Shown here piece by piece: positions 37,439-52,117 of a DNA stretch of 64,000 nucleotides (the stretch's first letter is position 1; the number at the start of each line of letters is the position of its first letter). The DNA comes from Cycas panzhihuaensis. Lineage: Eukaryota > Plantae > Cycadophyta. The notes below the pieces were generated by a model. The model was not told the DNA's origin. It ran no database searches and saw nothing but the letters and a program-made list of their open reading frames with translations. The translations under genes were made by a program, and so were the position numbers. The stretch covers positions 41,795,741 through 41,859,740 of the forward strand of contig CM041465.1 of the NCBI GenBank assembly GCA_023213395.1, written 5' to 3'.

Positions 37439-39774
37439 ACTCTCTCATCACACGAGTCACCTACTTAGAGATTAGATTCTTTTTAGAATTTGTATTTATG
37501 CACATATAATGCACTGTTGAAATTAATAAGAGATGATTTTAATTTGAGATTGTGTCATTAATATGAATGTAATTTTCTTGTTAAATTGATACTTAATCCT
37601 ATAAAGTTAAATCTCTATTCTAATTATATTTAATTTTTAATAGTTTACATAGAATTAGAGCTAGCTTTTAGTGTTATAACAATTTGTATTACTATTTAGG
37701 GAGTTGAACAATTTATTATTTAGTAGGATTTAAAAGATGTTGAATGACACAAGTTGTAGGTGTTCATATAGAGGCACTTCTGTATAATAGTTATTTCCAA
37801 ACATATTTATCTAAGTACTATCAAGCAAATGAAATTAACCTATTCCTTAATGGGGAGAAACCATTGATAAGTTATATATGCTTATTTATTTAATGTTATA
37901 ATTAATTAAATGTTATAGATACCTATTCATTCCTCTATGTATGCTTCATTAAATATTTTTTTATTCTATACTAAACTCCATAATGTTTATTATATGAAAC
38001 TTTCTTTTTTAAATTTTTCATGTATTTGTTAATTACTATCATGTAGGATATATTAAGTGTTTTTCTCCCCAAATTTATGCATAATTTATAGAGTAGATTC
38101 TATATTATTTTAATAGTGACATACAAGGCTTGAACATATATATACGAGCTTAAATAGAGACATGTAGATTGGATTAAAGAAATGCATATAAATACCTTTT
38201 GCTTGGAAAATTATATGTAGGCTTAAAAAAGAACATATAAATAGACTTCAAATAGAATATACAACTACATGCAAATAATGAGCAATGACATAAGATCTCT
38301 ACTGAAAGTCTAAGAATTAGTAAATCTCTATTAAACATTGATTAAAGTGTTAAATATGCGACAAAAAAGGTGAAGATTTAATTTAATGATACCTCTATTA
38401 AACTAATTAAACACTAGGTAAAAAAAAAAACCTCTATTGAATATTTGAATATTGATCAAATAACAAAGTAATGAAATATATTAAAAAGATTATTATATAA
38501 ATTTTACAAAGGGTGTAAAGATTAAAATAGCCATATTCTTTAAATATCCTAATACACATAAGATAAAGTTTATAACTTTATAAATAAATTATTTTTTTCA
38601 TATTTGAATGTTACATAACCACTATGAGTCCATACACAAGGTGTAGTAGACTTTTATGCTTAAATCTCCTTTGATTTAGTATCAAATCTCTACCAAACTC
38701 AATTGGCCATCTCAACAAGACCTAGACACTTCATCAAAACCCTCAAATACTAAAATTAACTCATAATAATCCCACATAGCAATGGAAAATCATATGCTAA
38801 AACATAGATGAAAATAAAAAAATCTCTTATTATAAGCTAAAAAAACCACTAAATAATAAGTAAATTAGTTACAAAATGTTGTATACAGAGTTTTGAAGGC
38901 ATCTAAGAAGCAAAGAAAGTAAAATAAAGCAACATAGTAGAAAACAAACATCTAATGATGAGAAAATTTAATCAAATGATGCCCATTAAAGCATAGATCA
39001 ATATATTATGAATATAAGCTTATTAGAGGGTAAAAGAGGTAGCATGAATGAAGTATTGATAGAGTACAAGGCTAAATTTAGTCATAGTTGAGAAATTTTC
39101 CTCACAAAAAGCTAAACATAAATGTAGGATGAATATGAGCATTTTTGCATGCCTAACCATCAAAGACGTAATTAAACCCTTGACACTAACCTATCATCCT
39201 AATCATTGATAGCATGATAGTACACGGGTGGAGTTATTTCTAGAAAAAACTACTTTATTTATTAGAAAAATTAATTTTTGTAGAGTTTGCCAACTTTGCC
39301 CATATTATTTTATTGAATATTCCTTAGAGATTATTCCTAATTAAAATTTAGATAAAATATATTTTATGTTTTCTAAAGTTTAGGTAATATTAAATTAGAT
39401 TAGGTTTTGTTTTGATTTCTAGCATGAAGTCCCCTACCTATCAGCCCTAAGTCACATGGTGTTTTAAGAGACAAAGCCATTTTTAGAGGATTTAAAGTCA
39501 TTTCTTTAAAAAAATAAATATACTACAATGCATGATTTTTTGAGATCTGTGATCTAGCAATAGTCATATGTAGCAATTTAGTATAAATTCTTGGTGAAAA
39601 AATATTTCTTAATATTTTTGACATATTTTTACTACTTACAAGTAGACTAAGGCATTAAAAATAATCACACCAACTACCTACTTATAAATTGATGATATTT
39701 ATAACTTTCTATTTTTGTTTTTATGCTTGTTTAATTATTTTTTAATTGGTTTTATCTTTTTTTCAATTATTAAA

Positions 39775-42700
39775 ATGGCTTTTGGAGGAAGCACAACGGG
39801 AATTGTCATAGATAAACTAAGTATTCCTAAATTCTATAGTTTGAAAACATTAAATGCATAGTTATTTTATTTGAATGATCTCTAAAAGGATATAAATAAT
39901 TATATAATAGGAAAGGATATTACCAAGATCATTAAATTCCTAAATAAATTAAAGATTGATGTTGATTTTAATGTTGAGGATAAATCTAGGATGAGAATAA
40001 CATTCATATTTCTTAGTTTATCTATAAGTGGTAGTGTCATTTTGAACATCAAGGACACTAGTACACTAAAGAAAATGTGAGGTATGGTTATAAACCTATT
40101 TGAATATAAGGACAATAAGAGAGACACGAACCTATAGAGTTAGTTATACATATTAAAGATGATTGGAAATATACTAGATCTCATGAGAGATATCAAATTA
40201 ATTTATGATTAACTATTAACAATTAGGGAGATCATTCCTAATTTATAAATTATAGCTTGTATGCTAAGGAGTCTACCACTCCATATGATAACTTCATAAC
40301 CGCATTTACTCTATTTGACTAATTATCCACTCTAACAATTAAATCCTTAGAATCCCTGCTTATGGAATATAAGAAAAAATTAAAGCATATGTATAGGGAA
40401 TCTTCTAGAAAATTGGTATCAAAATCTAAAGGAAAATAAGCTTATACTCCAAAGAAGAATCTACCTTTTAAAACTATAGTTTAAAATGCCAAACCAGGAG
40501 CATCATAAACATAATACAAGCCTAAATATTATCATTATAGGAAGTTAGGTCATATCAAGAAGGATTGTTAGGTGTGATAGTATCAATATCACTCTCAATA
40601 GCCTCAAAATCAACCCTAAACATAAAAGTAATAGCAACAATAACAACAACCATATAGATAATATGGTCATATGATGGACTCAACTGAAAAGACATCTAAT
40701 ATAATCATAACATAGTTATTTGTTATTGCATACAAAATGAATCATGCTACACTAGATATACAATTCACTAATTTAAGTGCATTAAAACACATGATAGAAA
40801 GATCAGAATGGTTTAGTGAGATGTAGTAAGTGAATGAGAGAGTAACCATTAGAGACAATACTGAGTTGGAGAATTAGAATTGGAAAAGTACTATTTACTT
40901 TACTAAATGGTGATAAATGATATTTAAAAAATGTCTTATACATACTAAATTTAAAGGCAAATCTTATTTCAGTTGGTGAAATTGAATAAAATATGACTGT
41001 ACAATTTGCCCAAGGATAGTACATGGTCTAAGATAAATAGAGCAAGGTTATAGCCATAGCACTTAGAGAGAATAATATATATAAACTACAAGGATGATCT
41101 TATGTATAGAGAGTATTCCTTCTTGTATCACCTAAATAAAAGTTATACCATAAAAGAATAGGTCATTTGAACTATTCTATCCTCTAATTGATGTATAAAT
41201 TAAAAATTATTCATGGTCCACCTTTGATTAACAATAAAAATTATTTATGTGAATCCTATATTTTTGGTGAGTAACATAGAGAACTATTCCTTAAAAGGAA
41301 AGTATGAAGAATAAAGAAAAAATAGGATTAGTCCACTTTGATAATTGTGAACTAATGTCAACCATCTCACTAGGTGGAGCAATATATTACATCACTTTTA
41401 CTAATGACTTTTCAAGAAAATCCTAGATTTTTTTACTAAGAGAAAAATCACAAGCCTTCACTTACTTAAAATAGTTTAACAAGTTGGCAAAGAATGAAAG
41501 TGAGTATAAGATTAGAGTTCTATGAACTAAAAATGGTGGAGAGTATACTTTAAATAAATTCGCCTAGTTCTACAAGAATCATGGAATTTAAAGGCTACTT
41601 TTTACTACTTACACACATTAGTAAAATGGAGTTGTTAAATAGATAAATAAAACTTTGGTTAAAAAAGACAAAGCAATGATTAAAGGCAACAAATTTCTTA
41701 TGGCCAGAATCTATGAACAAAGTAGTGTATCTAATGAATAGAATCACTACAAGGGTTATGAGAAACATGACCCCCAAGGAAGCTTAATCAAGTAGGAAAC
41801 CAATAGTAAGTCATCAAAGAGACTTTAGATGTAATGCATACATATATATTTCAAAGGATAAATGACAAAAGTTGGATTTCAAAAGCATAAAGTGTATCTT
41901 TGTGGGATACTCTAAAGAAATAAAAACATACAAAGTATATGTTTTATCAACTTAAAAAGTTTATACAACTTATGATATTATTTTTTTTTAAAATGAGACT
42001 TAAGATATTAGTTCAGTTGAGGTGGAGGATTAAGTTGAGGAACTACCTACATTATATTTTTCAACCTTAATATGAGTCCTTTGATATAAGTGATGAAGCA
42101 AAATTAGAATCTTTTCATTTTCCAAAAGCTAAATCTAAGAAAACACCAAAGAAAGAACTAAATTTAAAGCTAAAAAAATGGTCTAATTTGACACCTTTAT
42201 CTTAAAGATGAAGCTTCTAAAATGGGATACAAAAACTATGGAGGATGTTAAGAAATTATTGCCTAATTTTGAAGAAAATAAAAAATAAAAAATATAACCT
42301 TTTAAATAAGATTTAAGTAAACCATCAATGATTAAAGAAACAATCAAAGAGCAAAAGTAGAATGACATTATGGAATCTAAAATCTAAGCTATCAAAGAAA
42401 ACTAAACATAAGATTTGGTTGAATTATTTGCTAGAAAATATGATATTACATGCAAATAGATTTATAGGAAAAGGTTTTAATTAGATTGATTTATAAACAA
42501 ATACAAGGCTTAACTTGTAATGAAAGGCTTCAAGTAGCTAAAAAGGATTGATTACCAAGAAACATTCACTATTATTATTAAGATGAATACCATTCAAATC
42601 ATTATGGTGATAGTTATATAATTTAATTAGAAACTATACTAAATGGATGTGAAAAGTATATTTTTGAATAAGGATTCAAACAAAGAAGTATACATGGAGT

Positions 42701-42960
42701 AGACACCTAAGTTTGTTGAAAAATATCAATAGCACTTAGTATGCTGACACAAAAAGACCTTGTATAGCATAGAATAGACTCCTAAAGCTTGGTATGAAAA
42801 GATTGATTAGTACTTTTAGAGAATAGATTTGAGAGATCTATACTTAACTCAAATTTATAGATCAAAGAATAAAATAATAATATCATATTTGTATTATTGT
42901 ACCTTAACAATCTACTAATCATAGGTAATAATATCACAATAATATTAAAAAATATAAAAA
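39775..42960 (+). pseudogene. gag-pol: Copia-D gag-PR-INT-RT (partial) remnant
   Basis: MAFGGSTTGIVIDKL, decayed knuckle YYHYRKLGHIKKDC, LYHKRIGHLN, FTNDFSRK, NGGEY, KLDFKSIKCIFVGYS, RT up to decayed YVDD (YLNNLLII). Confidence 0.88.
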
Positions 42961-44928
42961 TCTAGATAACAAGAGTAGAAAGTATATTCTTATAGGATAC
43001 AGTGATACCTCCAAAGAATATAGATGTCCTAATCCATTAACTAACATAATATATCCATGTAGAGATATATACTTTGATGGAATATCTAACCTATTAATAG
43101 AGAATATTTTTTAAAATATAACCTAATTTAATGGGTATTTACCTTTAAGTATTCCTTATCTTGTGGAATAGCCTTCTCTAACAGAGACCTCTATGATTCC
43201 TATTGAATATTAAGAACCAAAAATATTAAGAGGAACTTTAAGTTAGTACTTTAATAGTAGTCCCTTAGATAGCATAGGAGGTACTCAAGTACACCAAACC
43301 TATGCTTAGCCAAAAGGGATTCCAAAATGGTATTTCATGACTACTAAAGATTTTGGAGTTAAACTTAAAGATCTCCAAGAAAGAAGTAAAACTAGGAGTC
43401 AAGATCATTCTCACTATGGGCTTGTAATAAACACCAATGTTTCTTATCAACAAGTGAGAAATGACACTAATTAGAGCACAGCCATGGAATAAGAAATGGA
43501 CTTAATTAAGAAAAGTAAAACTTAGGATCAAATTGTACCTTTAGTAAGAAAACTAATTGTCAGATATTGATTGTTATTTAAAGTCAAAGAAAAGGCTAAT
43601 AGAACTATTAAAAAATATAAGGCTTGGCTTATTGCTAAAGGATTCACCCAAAGTCATAGAATTAACTATGAAGAAACATTCTCCTCAATTAGCAAGATGA
43701 TAATAATTAGAATGGTCTTTACCCTAGTAGCTCATCATAAACAGCTAGTCTATCAAATGGATGTCAAAGGGGATTTTCTAATTAGGGAATTATAAGAAGT
43801 ATATATGTAATAATATCCAAGATATATGGATATTAGACAAGAGTATTTAGTCTATAAATTAAACAAAGCATAAGTTAAAATAGGCTCCAAGATACTAACA
43901 TTTAAAAATTGATGCATACCTAAAAGGTGTAGGAGTGAAATGATGTAATGCAGATTATAGGTTATATATTCATATTGCCAAAAATAACCAAATCATCATC
44001 ATTGTACTTTATGTTGATGATATGATTATTATAGGTTACAACACAAGTTAGATTAAAAATATAAAATAAAATTTATTAAAGACATTTGAAATGGTGGATT
44101 TGAGACTTTTGCATTACTACCTAGAAATAGAAATCCAACAATAATCCCAAGGAATTCTTTTACACCAAAGCAAGTATGTTGCATAAATATTGAGGAATTC
44201 AATATGATAAACTACAAGCTTACTCTAACTCCCATATGTACAAGAGTCAAAGTTAATGTAGATCCATAAGAGAAACTAGTTTATGAGACATTATATAGAA
44301 AATTTGTTAGGAACCTCATTTATCTCACCTCTATAAGACTAGATATTATATATGTTGTTGGGATTATTTCTAAGTATATGCTTACACCCAAGGAATCTCA
44401 CTAAAATATAGCCAAAATAATACTTCTATATATATAGGGAACAAAATCTTATGGTATTTAATATAGCAACAAAAGTATAGGTTAACTGATAAGATGTTCA
44501 TATTCAGATTGGAATGAAGACATAAATAATTACAAATCAAATATAGGATATTACTTTGATCTTGGGAGCGGAATTGTCTCCTAGAAGACAAAGAAATAAT
44601 CAATAATCTCCCTCTCTACCTTTGAGGCTAAATATCAAGCAGTAATTCATGTAGTATGTGAAGCAACTTGGATCTAAAAACTCCTTGAAGAACTCCATCA
44701 GCCTCAAATCACACATATTACAATAAACTGTAATAAGTAAAACACCATTAAATGACAAAGAATCTTGTATTTTATGCATGAACAAAACACATTGAAGTAT
44801 GTCACAACTTCATTAGAGAAAAAGTTAATAAAAAGGGAATTAAACTGATTTATTACCTAAGTGAAAAATAATTGGAAGATACCTTCATAAAACCTCTTGT
44901 AGAGTATAAATTCATAGGATTAAACATT
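42961..44928 (+). pseudogene. pol: Second Copia (D2) INT C-terminus-RT-RNaseH remnant fused behind Copia-D
   Basis: LDNKSRKYILIGYSDTSKEY, KYKAWLIAKGFTQ, YQMDVK, VLYVDDMIIIG, TKHIEVCHNFIRE, then PPT AAGAGGGGA (44929-44937) and TGTTAT at 44938. Confidence 0.88.
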
Positions 44929-46290
44929 AAGAGGGGATGTTATAATATGTTAATGACCCTTGTATATAAGTACATGATGTACTTATCAATGAGATAATAC
45001 AATTTCATTACTCTTCTCTCCTCATCAGTTCTTTACATTAACAATAACCATGTAAAGGTTAAAAAGGAAAATTTTAAATGAGTGAATACTAGAAAGAGTT
45101 ATACCATACTTTATCTAATATAAACTATTTAATATAAGACTTATATTTATTAGCCACATAAATCTTTAGATACCCTTTAAGACATCTATTAATTCCCTAT
45201 GTTTAACCATCTACTTATAGATGGTAGCCAGTACTCATAGAGAGCTTAGTCCTAACTTGTTTAAACTACTATGGCCAAAAGTAACTTAAAATATTTGGGT
45301 CTCAATCACTATAATCATGTTATGGAGACCATAAAACTTATGAATTTATTTAATAAATATTTCAATTAACTATGGTGCTTTATGCATGGATAAGATTGGT
45401 AGTAAAAGAGTAAACTTAGTTAGCTTGTTCACAATAATATATATTGCATTCTTCCCTTCTAATTTTTAAGAGGCTAGTTATAAAACCCATATTGATGTTT
45501 TTCCATTTTTGCTAAAGGATGGCTAGGGGCTTATTACCACCTCAAATTATACCTTCTTACTATAACTCAAATAAAAGATTAAAAGGATAAAATAGGTTTA
45601 ATAATCTAATGTCTAAGGTCTCTCTCATATTCCTTTAATCTAAAGATATAGGCAAAAACATATCAATATTATTGCAAAAGACTTTTTAGATTCATATAAA
45701 GTTCCTATACATTCCTTATAATAGTATCATAGGAACAAAGTTTCTAGGAAGAAACCATAAGTTTGTGCAAAATTGACAAAGTGATTATTACAAAGATAAC
45801 CTATAAGATTTGAGATGTCATAAAGTGCCTAAAATAATAATTCATAGGTATGTGATAATTTTAGTATTAGAAGTGCTCTCAATATTTATAATAAGTGATG
45901 TGGCATATCAAGATCATTATGCCCTCCATGCTATCCATATAAATATAAAATTAAGAATACTTAAATCATTCAACCTTATATCCAAATCATGCATTTTTAG
46001 TATAAGTGATGAAACACTTAATTATAAAACATGTTAAAAGTTATGAAATGAATTATAAAGAAACTTTAATATGATGTTACAATTGTTAAAAAAGTTATCA
46101 TACCATGTTAACATTCAGATAACAACTTATATAATCAAGTAGGTAAATAAATATAATCACATGATCAATTAATAATATAATAAATATAATAAAGAAATAG
46201 GGATAAATAAGATAAGATAAAGATAAAGAGTTAATCATGGAATTATATATATGACACCATGTTTAATATGGAAAACCTATGAATGGGAAA

Positions 46291-47306
46291 TGTTAAAATA
46301 TATGACCATACCACCTAATGTAAAGTGGGCCTCCTATTTTTATGCCTAATTATATGGAGGAATATTCTCAATTGTGGTAACCTAATGGATGTAAATTGTA
46401 ATTATATTTGGTTCTTTAGATCTATAAATATAGATCAAAGTCCATCTTTATAATATATCATTTTGTCATAATGTGAATTATTATTCATTTATGGGTTTTC
46501 ACCTATAAGCATTTTCCACGGCAATCTGGTATCCCGTGTGATCTGTTTTTGCTTGTTATCTGCCTGATGTAAAAGATCATATCGATCTTGTTTATTTTAG
46601 TTCCATTTTCTAACATGGTATTAGAGCATGTAGGTCATCCACAGGCAGGTGAATGTTATCAGAGAACCAATTGATGGTGTTAGGTCATGATGACTTGCCC
46701 TTAGCAAATTGGCATACCCAATAACCCTATAGAATAGCCATGGAGTGCATATGATTGATGAGGATCCTGAGAGTCTTCTATCCATTGTTTACACATATTC
46801 TAAGCTACATGGAGATGTGTGAATAAATTTTGACTCCATTACTAACTATGCGAGTGTCGTTTAAGCCTGTTGAAGGTGTTGGATCCCCGTTTGATAATGT
46901 CATTGAGTTTGCATACCCTAGAGTCGATTACCAACCCTCTGTTGCCAGTGAGAGAGCACAGAAACCCTAACAGGCCCATTACAGTGCCATGAGATAATTA
47001 TTACGATCAATTTAAAGGTATTATTAGTATATTTATTACTCACTTAAATTTAAGGTTTGAATATTATATTTTTGAGGCCCGTTACTTTATTATGGCCTTT
47101 GTGCATACTATTAATAATTAACAGCTATGGTATATCTCTATTTCCCAAATACTCTATCAATAGTTTGAATCATTTGAGAGTATATGAAACCCATGTGTTT
47201 ATATAAATGTTGTATGTCTGTTTGATGTATTTATGTTGCCTAGTATATATTATTCTTTGAATCACCCATGATGTAGTCACTGGTTTCTGTATGACCTTAC
47301 CAGCCA

Positions 47307-47365
<59 letters not shown>

Positions 47366-50300
47366 TCCCTTTTGTGTATAGCATTACCCTCCATATATAG
47401 TTGCTCATGATGAATACATTTATCACAGTTGTGTGATCATTTGCATGCGCACCCACGTCCTTAATCTTTGTGCATTAAGCATGATAATTTTTTGCAACCT
47501 GTAGTGAATACACTGGTTATATTGCATTATGATTGCAGTTGCCTAGTGTGATTATATTACAAATATGCAACCATAATACATTCAGCCACTATTGGTTTTT
47601 AATATATATTTTCCTACCAATTTGTGATGTCGCTCATCAACTATTAATAGAGCTACCTGTCATGAGTATTCAGTGCATGATATTACAGTTGCTAGCTATT
47701 AAAATGCCATCATTATTCATGGCCATGTATTAAATGATATCGCTAGCATTTCCACAAGTGATCTATATTTTATTGTAGTTCTATATTTAACAACTATATG
47801 TTTATATATTTTTTTTTATATATAGTAAGTCATCAATATTGATAATGTTGCACAACGCATTTTTCCATTTCATAATGTCATCTTTTTTAAATCAAGCTCA
47901 CCATTGATATGTTTATTATATCAATCAACCTTTTTTCATAAAGTCATTTTATACTTTGATTTCATTTCAAAGTTAAATGATTTATTGAAGTCTTTAATCA
48001 CTTTGTTTATTCGTAAAGACCATTTTTGATATATTGGTACCTTTTTATATATACTCTGTCATTATTTGGTACCTTTATTTTTTATAAAAGTATATTTTTT
48101 AAAAAGGTGACTTAAATATATTTTTTTAAGGCTTCTAATGGTGATATATAAGGCAATATAGTGTGGTGATGAACTTTGAATGGTGAGGTATTTTATTATT
48201 CAGTGATGTGGTAATGTGGCATTTAATTGATCTCTTGCATGAGAGATTTGTTGAGGCAGTGTTATAAGGAGGTGATGATGGTGATTTGTGTTGAAGAGAG
48301 TGTGTTAAGAATGCTTTATTAATGGTAACATAATGTGATGTGAGGTGACATTTGAAGCTCTTTTACATGTCATTACATGAGAGAGCATTGGTGGTGAGAT
48401 GGGATGACATTGTGATCCTTGAGTGTGTGTTACATAGGGGAGTTTATGGGCAAAGTTGATGGAAATTTTATGGTGATGTGGTACTTGTTGCATGTGATTA
48501 CATGGTAAGTTTTAGGTATATATTATGCAGTTTTAAAGGCAAGAGTAAGGGAAAAATTAGGTGACTTTGATGGGCAGGTTGAGGGCGTGATGGGTAAGTT
48601 TGGGAGAAGTTTGAGTGAGATACCTTAATTATAACTTAATGCAAACTCTGTTACTATTTGAGTGTGGCATAGATCATTGCACAAAGTTCATATTTATGTG
48701 ATTATTTAGTGAAATAAGTATGTTCTTATTCATGGTATACATTCAAGTTCAGTTGCATCAGATGTATATGAGGTGATGAAGTTTAAAATTTGCTTATATG
48801 AATGGTTATTAGACTAATAATAGCATGAGGTTTATGACCTATTTTGATGTTGTTTCAACATGGGTGCATATCTAAATAAGTCTAATGTAGAACCAAGATA
48901 GTGTGCTTGATGAAATTTAAGTGTGAATCGAAAGGTCTAAGATGACATGCCTTAAAAATAGTTATGCCTTTTTCATGGTATGTACAGTTGGCCTATGAGG
49001 TTTCATTGCAAGTGAGTATCATGATGCATATAGTGAGGTTTAGTGCATGTTGTGGTTTGCCTCCCATGTTTTGATAGCAGAAACTATAGTGGATTGGTAT
49101 AGGTACCCCTATTGATACTATTCATGGCATATATTCCCCTCATGTTTTGTATTTGGACCAAGTTAAAAGCCTTCCATTTATTTCCTTTTTGATGCATTGG
49201 AGTGCATACATCTTAGATGGAGATTACAACATCAAGATTATAACTGTTTGAAGTATATCAATTGTTTAGCTTATAAAAGTGTGATATATAGGGGAAATAC
49301 ATTATAATTAATCTAGATGTTATGTTGAAGAGTTGTTGATATATCATGATAAGTATCATTTGGTTATAGGTTTTATCCTTCATTACTTAACTTTTCTGAG
49401 TCATTGTTCAGTAGGTGTAGAGGTTTGTTTGCCTAACATTGTGCTTGAGATAGAAGCAGGACCTAGTGATAGATTGATGAGGAGGAGCTATTAGATGATG
49501 ATACATAAATTATAGTCCTATGTTCCATTGACAGTTAAAGACCTACAGGATAATGGAAGATTTTGGATCAGCATGCCAATCAAGGCTTGAGATAAATACC
49601 AACATTCCAATGAGTACAAATTCATAATAGAGAACTATATTGAAGCAAAGAACCTGGTTAGTCTATAAGTTGGTAAGCTTATTGCACAAGATGTCTAGTA
49701 GAAGAAGGATTAAAGTATGATGAGATATTTAGCACCAGACTCTATGTTTATTAGTCTGTTTGATCCTTACTTCAGTAACTTTAGATAGTTAGGTATCGTA
49801 TTATATCAATGTTCCTTAATGAAGACTTGAAGAGGAGATTCACATGGCTTAAGTGGCTCAACCTCTTAGTTTAGCGAAAGGAATATAGTTGAGTTGAATG
49901 AACAAGTGTCAGATACAAAGAGAGTTGTATGGTTACAGGTTTGTTGGAGTATTTCTAAAGAATTGAGCACATATAAAGCATAACACCATTACATCCAACT
50001 GATGATTGCTACATTGACATTTATATATATTGGGTTGGGTAAGGTTATCCTTGAGAGGGGATTTGTTCCCAATGATAATCCTTGTTGCCCCATATTTACA
50101 TTAAGAGGGGATGTTAAAATATATGACCATACCACCTAATGTAAAGCGGGCCTCATATTTTTATACCTAATTATGTAGAGGAATATTCTCGCTTGTGGTG
50201 ACCTAATGGATGTAAATTGTAATTATATTTGGCACTTTAGATCTATAAATATAGATCAAAGTTTATCTTTGCAATATATCATTTTGTCATAATGTGAATT

Positions 50301-50436
50301 ATTATTCATTTATAGGTTTTCACCTGTAAGGGTTTCCCATGGTAATCAAGTATCACGTATGATCTGTTTCTACTTGTTATCTGCCTCATGTGAAAGATCT
50401 TGTTGACCTTATTTATTTTGGTTACATTTTCTAATA
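46291..50436 (+). mobile_element. Element E: non-autonomous Copia-derived LTR element nested in the F LTR
   Basis: 325-bp LTRs 46291-46615 and 50112-50436, PBS TGGTATTAGAGC 46616-46627, PPT AAGAGGGGA 50103-50111, perfect TSD GGAAA. Confidence 0.95.
47309..47359. repeat. (AT)25 microsatellite
   Basis: Direct read. Confidence 0.97.
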
Positions 50437-51440
50437 GGAAAAACCACCTCCAAATACATGTGAAATATCATATTATTGAAAGATAATTAATAATTATTAT
50501 GATGATCCATTTATCCTTACAAGGAGGACTAGATAATCCAATTCCCCTCGTAATATATATTGCCTTTATATAGTTGTACTACCTCATTATTATCTAATAA
50601 TATTTTACTAATATATTAACTAATAAATTCATGTGTGAAAACCTTTTATATTAACTAATGACAACCCATCTACTAATTAAATATTACATCAACTTTTATG
50701 AAATTTAATATTCCAACACTCATTATTAATGTTTAATTTATGAAACTCAAATATCTTCATCTTGATACTAGATCACCTGCTTATTATGTGTCTAGTCACC
50801 TGTATCACCTATAATATTGATCATAAAACTTATCTTTATTATTTACTCTTCTACAAATAAAGATTAGTATATCTTATGTTATTACCACATGTAAATTGTT
50901 ATCAAATATGACTTATAATTTATCATATTATATAAAGTCTTGATGGTAACTTCATATCTTTCACCTATACGCTATAAACTAAACTCATTAACCTTTTTAA
51001 TGAACCAAATTTACAAATGTCCATATAAATAATAACCATTTAGTAAAATGCATAGGTAAGCAGCTACTACAATCACTAGTTATATAAGAAGTATTTCTCA
51101 TACATGGTTCATCAACTTTATAAATTAAAAAATAACATAATATGGTTAAAAAACTATGCCATAGTAAGGGTAGCTTATGAATCTTCTCTCATATCTTATC
51201 CTGTGAGATATAGAAAACCTTAGGTGCTACCTCCATGAAATAATTCTATACAAGGTAACCCTTGTAACTTGCTTTGATAACTAAACCCTCATAAATAAAC
51301 TCTCAAACCAACTACATCTAGGAATAAGGCATACCACTTAGCCTATTAACTTCATTGTAATAAGGTAATATGTGTAATATATTCCACACCTCTTATCATA
51401 CATGATTATTAGATTTCTAACTAAAAACATGTATCAACTT

Positions 51441-52117
51441 TATTGGGTATGTGACAATAATATATAAGGAGGCTAAAATTTTGACTTATTTTCAATGTAG
51501 TTTTTCCCACCAACTTTCTTTAAGGGGATCTAAGGGAGGCAGCAACCCCCCTTGGCTGGGGAGGGGTGTAGGAAAGCACTAGAACCAAACCCCTCCCCCT
51601 CACCCCACCCCCTCCCCTCCCCCTCCATACCTCCCTCCAAACCCCCACCCCCTCATGCAAATGGGGGTTTAAGGGCAGTAGCCCCTAAAGTAAAATTTTA
51701 GGGTGCAAAACCTATCAAATAGTAAAAAGAATCAGGGTTGTTTATTAAAAAGGCCCTAGATCTGATAGCTGATATTTTGTATCTTATGACACTTTATGTA
51801 ACTTGAATTAGGTAATTTTATTGGTGGTTATGTTATTATTATTATGAGAACTCTGTGATGGTTGTAGTATAAATTTCCATTCTTAATCAATAAAGCTTGA
51901 TATCTTTCCTATGTGGATGTTTTCCTAGTAACCTACTAGGGTTTTACCAAGTTAAATCTGGTGTACTTGGTAATGATTATGTTTTTCTTATGTATGTCAT
52001 AAATGATCTTTGGTTTATGTACTTGCATTTGATTATAGCTTTGAATCTTATTCTTGTTAGAAAATAGAATAGATCTTGGTGGCAAATTTGATTATTTAGA
52101 ACCAGGCTTTCTCAACA
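51441..52117 (+). mobile_element. Solo LTR related to the Copia-A family (677 bp)
   Basis: Reverse-complement homolog of 5126-5795 (e.g. AGATCTTGGTGGCA..TTTCTCAACA); flanked by AACTT/AGCTT; no PBS or PPT. Confidence 0.88.

Noticed and set aside
44938-46031. Full extent of the Copia-D2 3' LTR, and a gag remnant at 45600-46030
   Set aside because: No partner LTR to fix the end, and translations gave no convincing motif.
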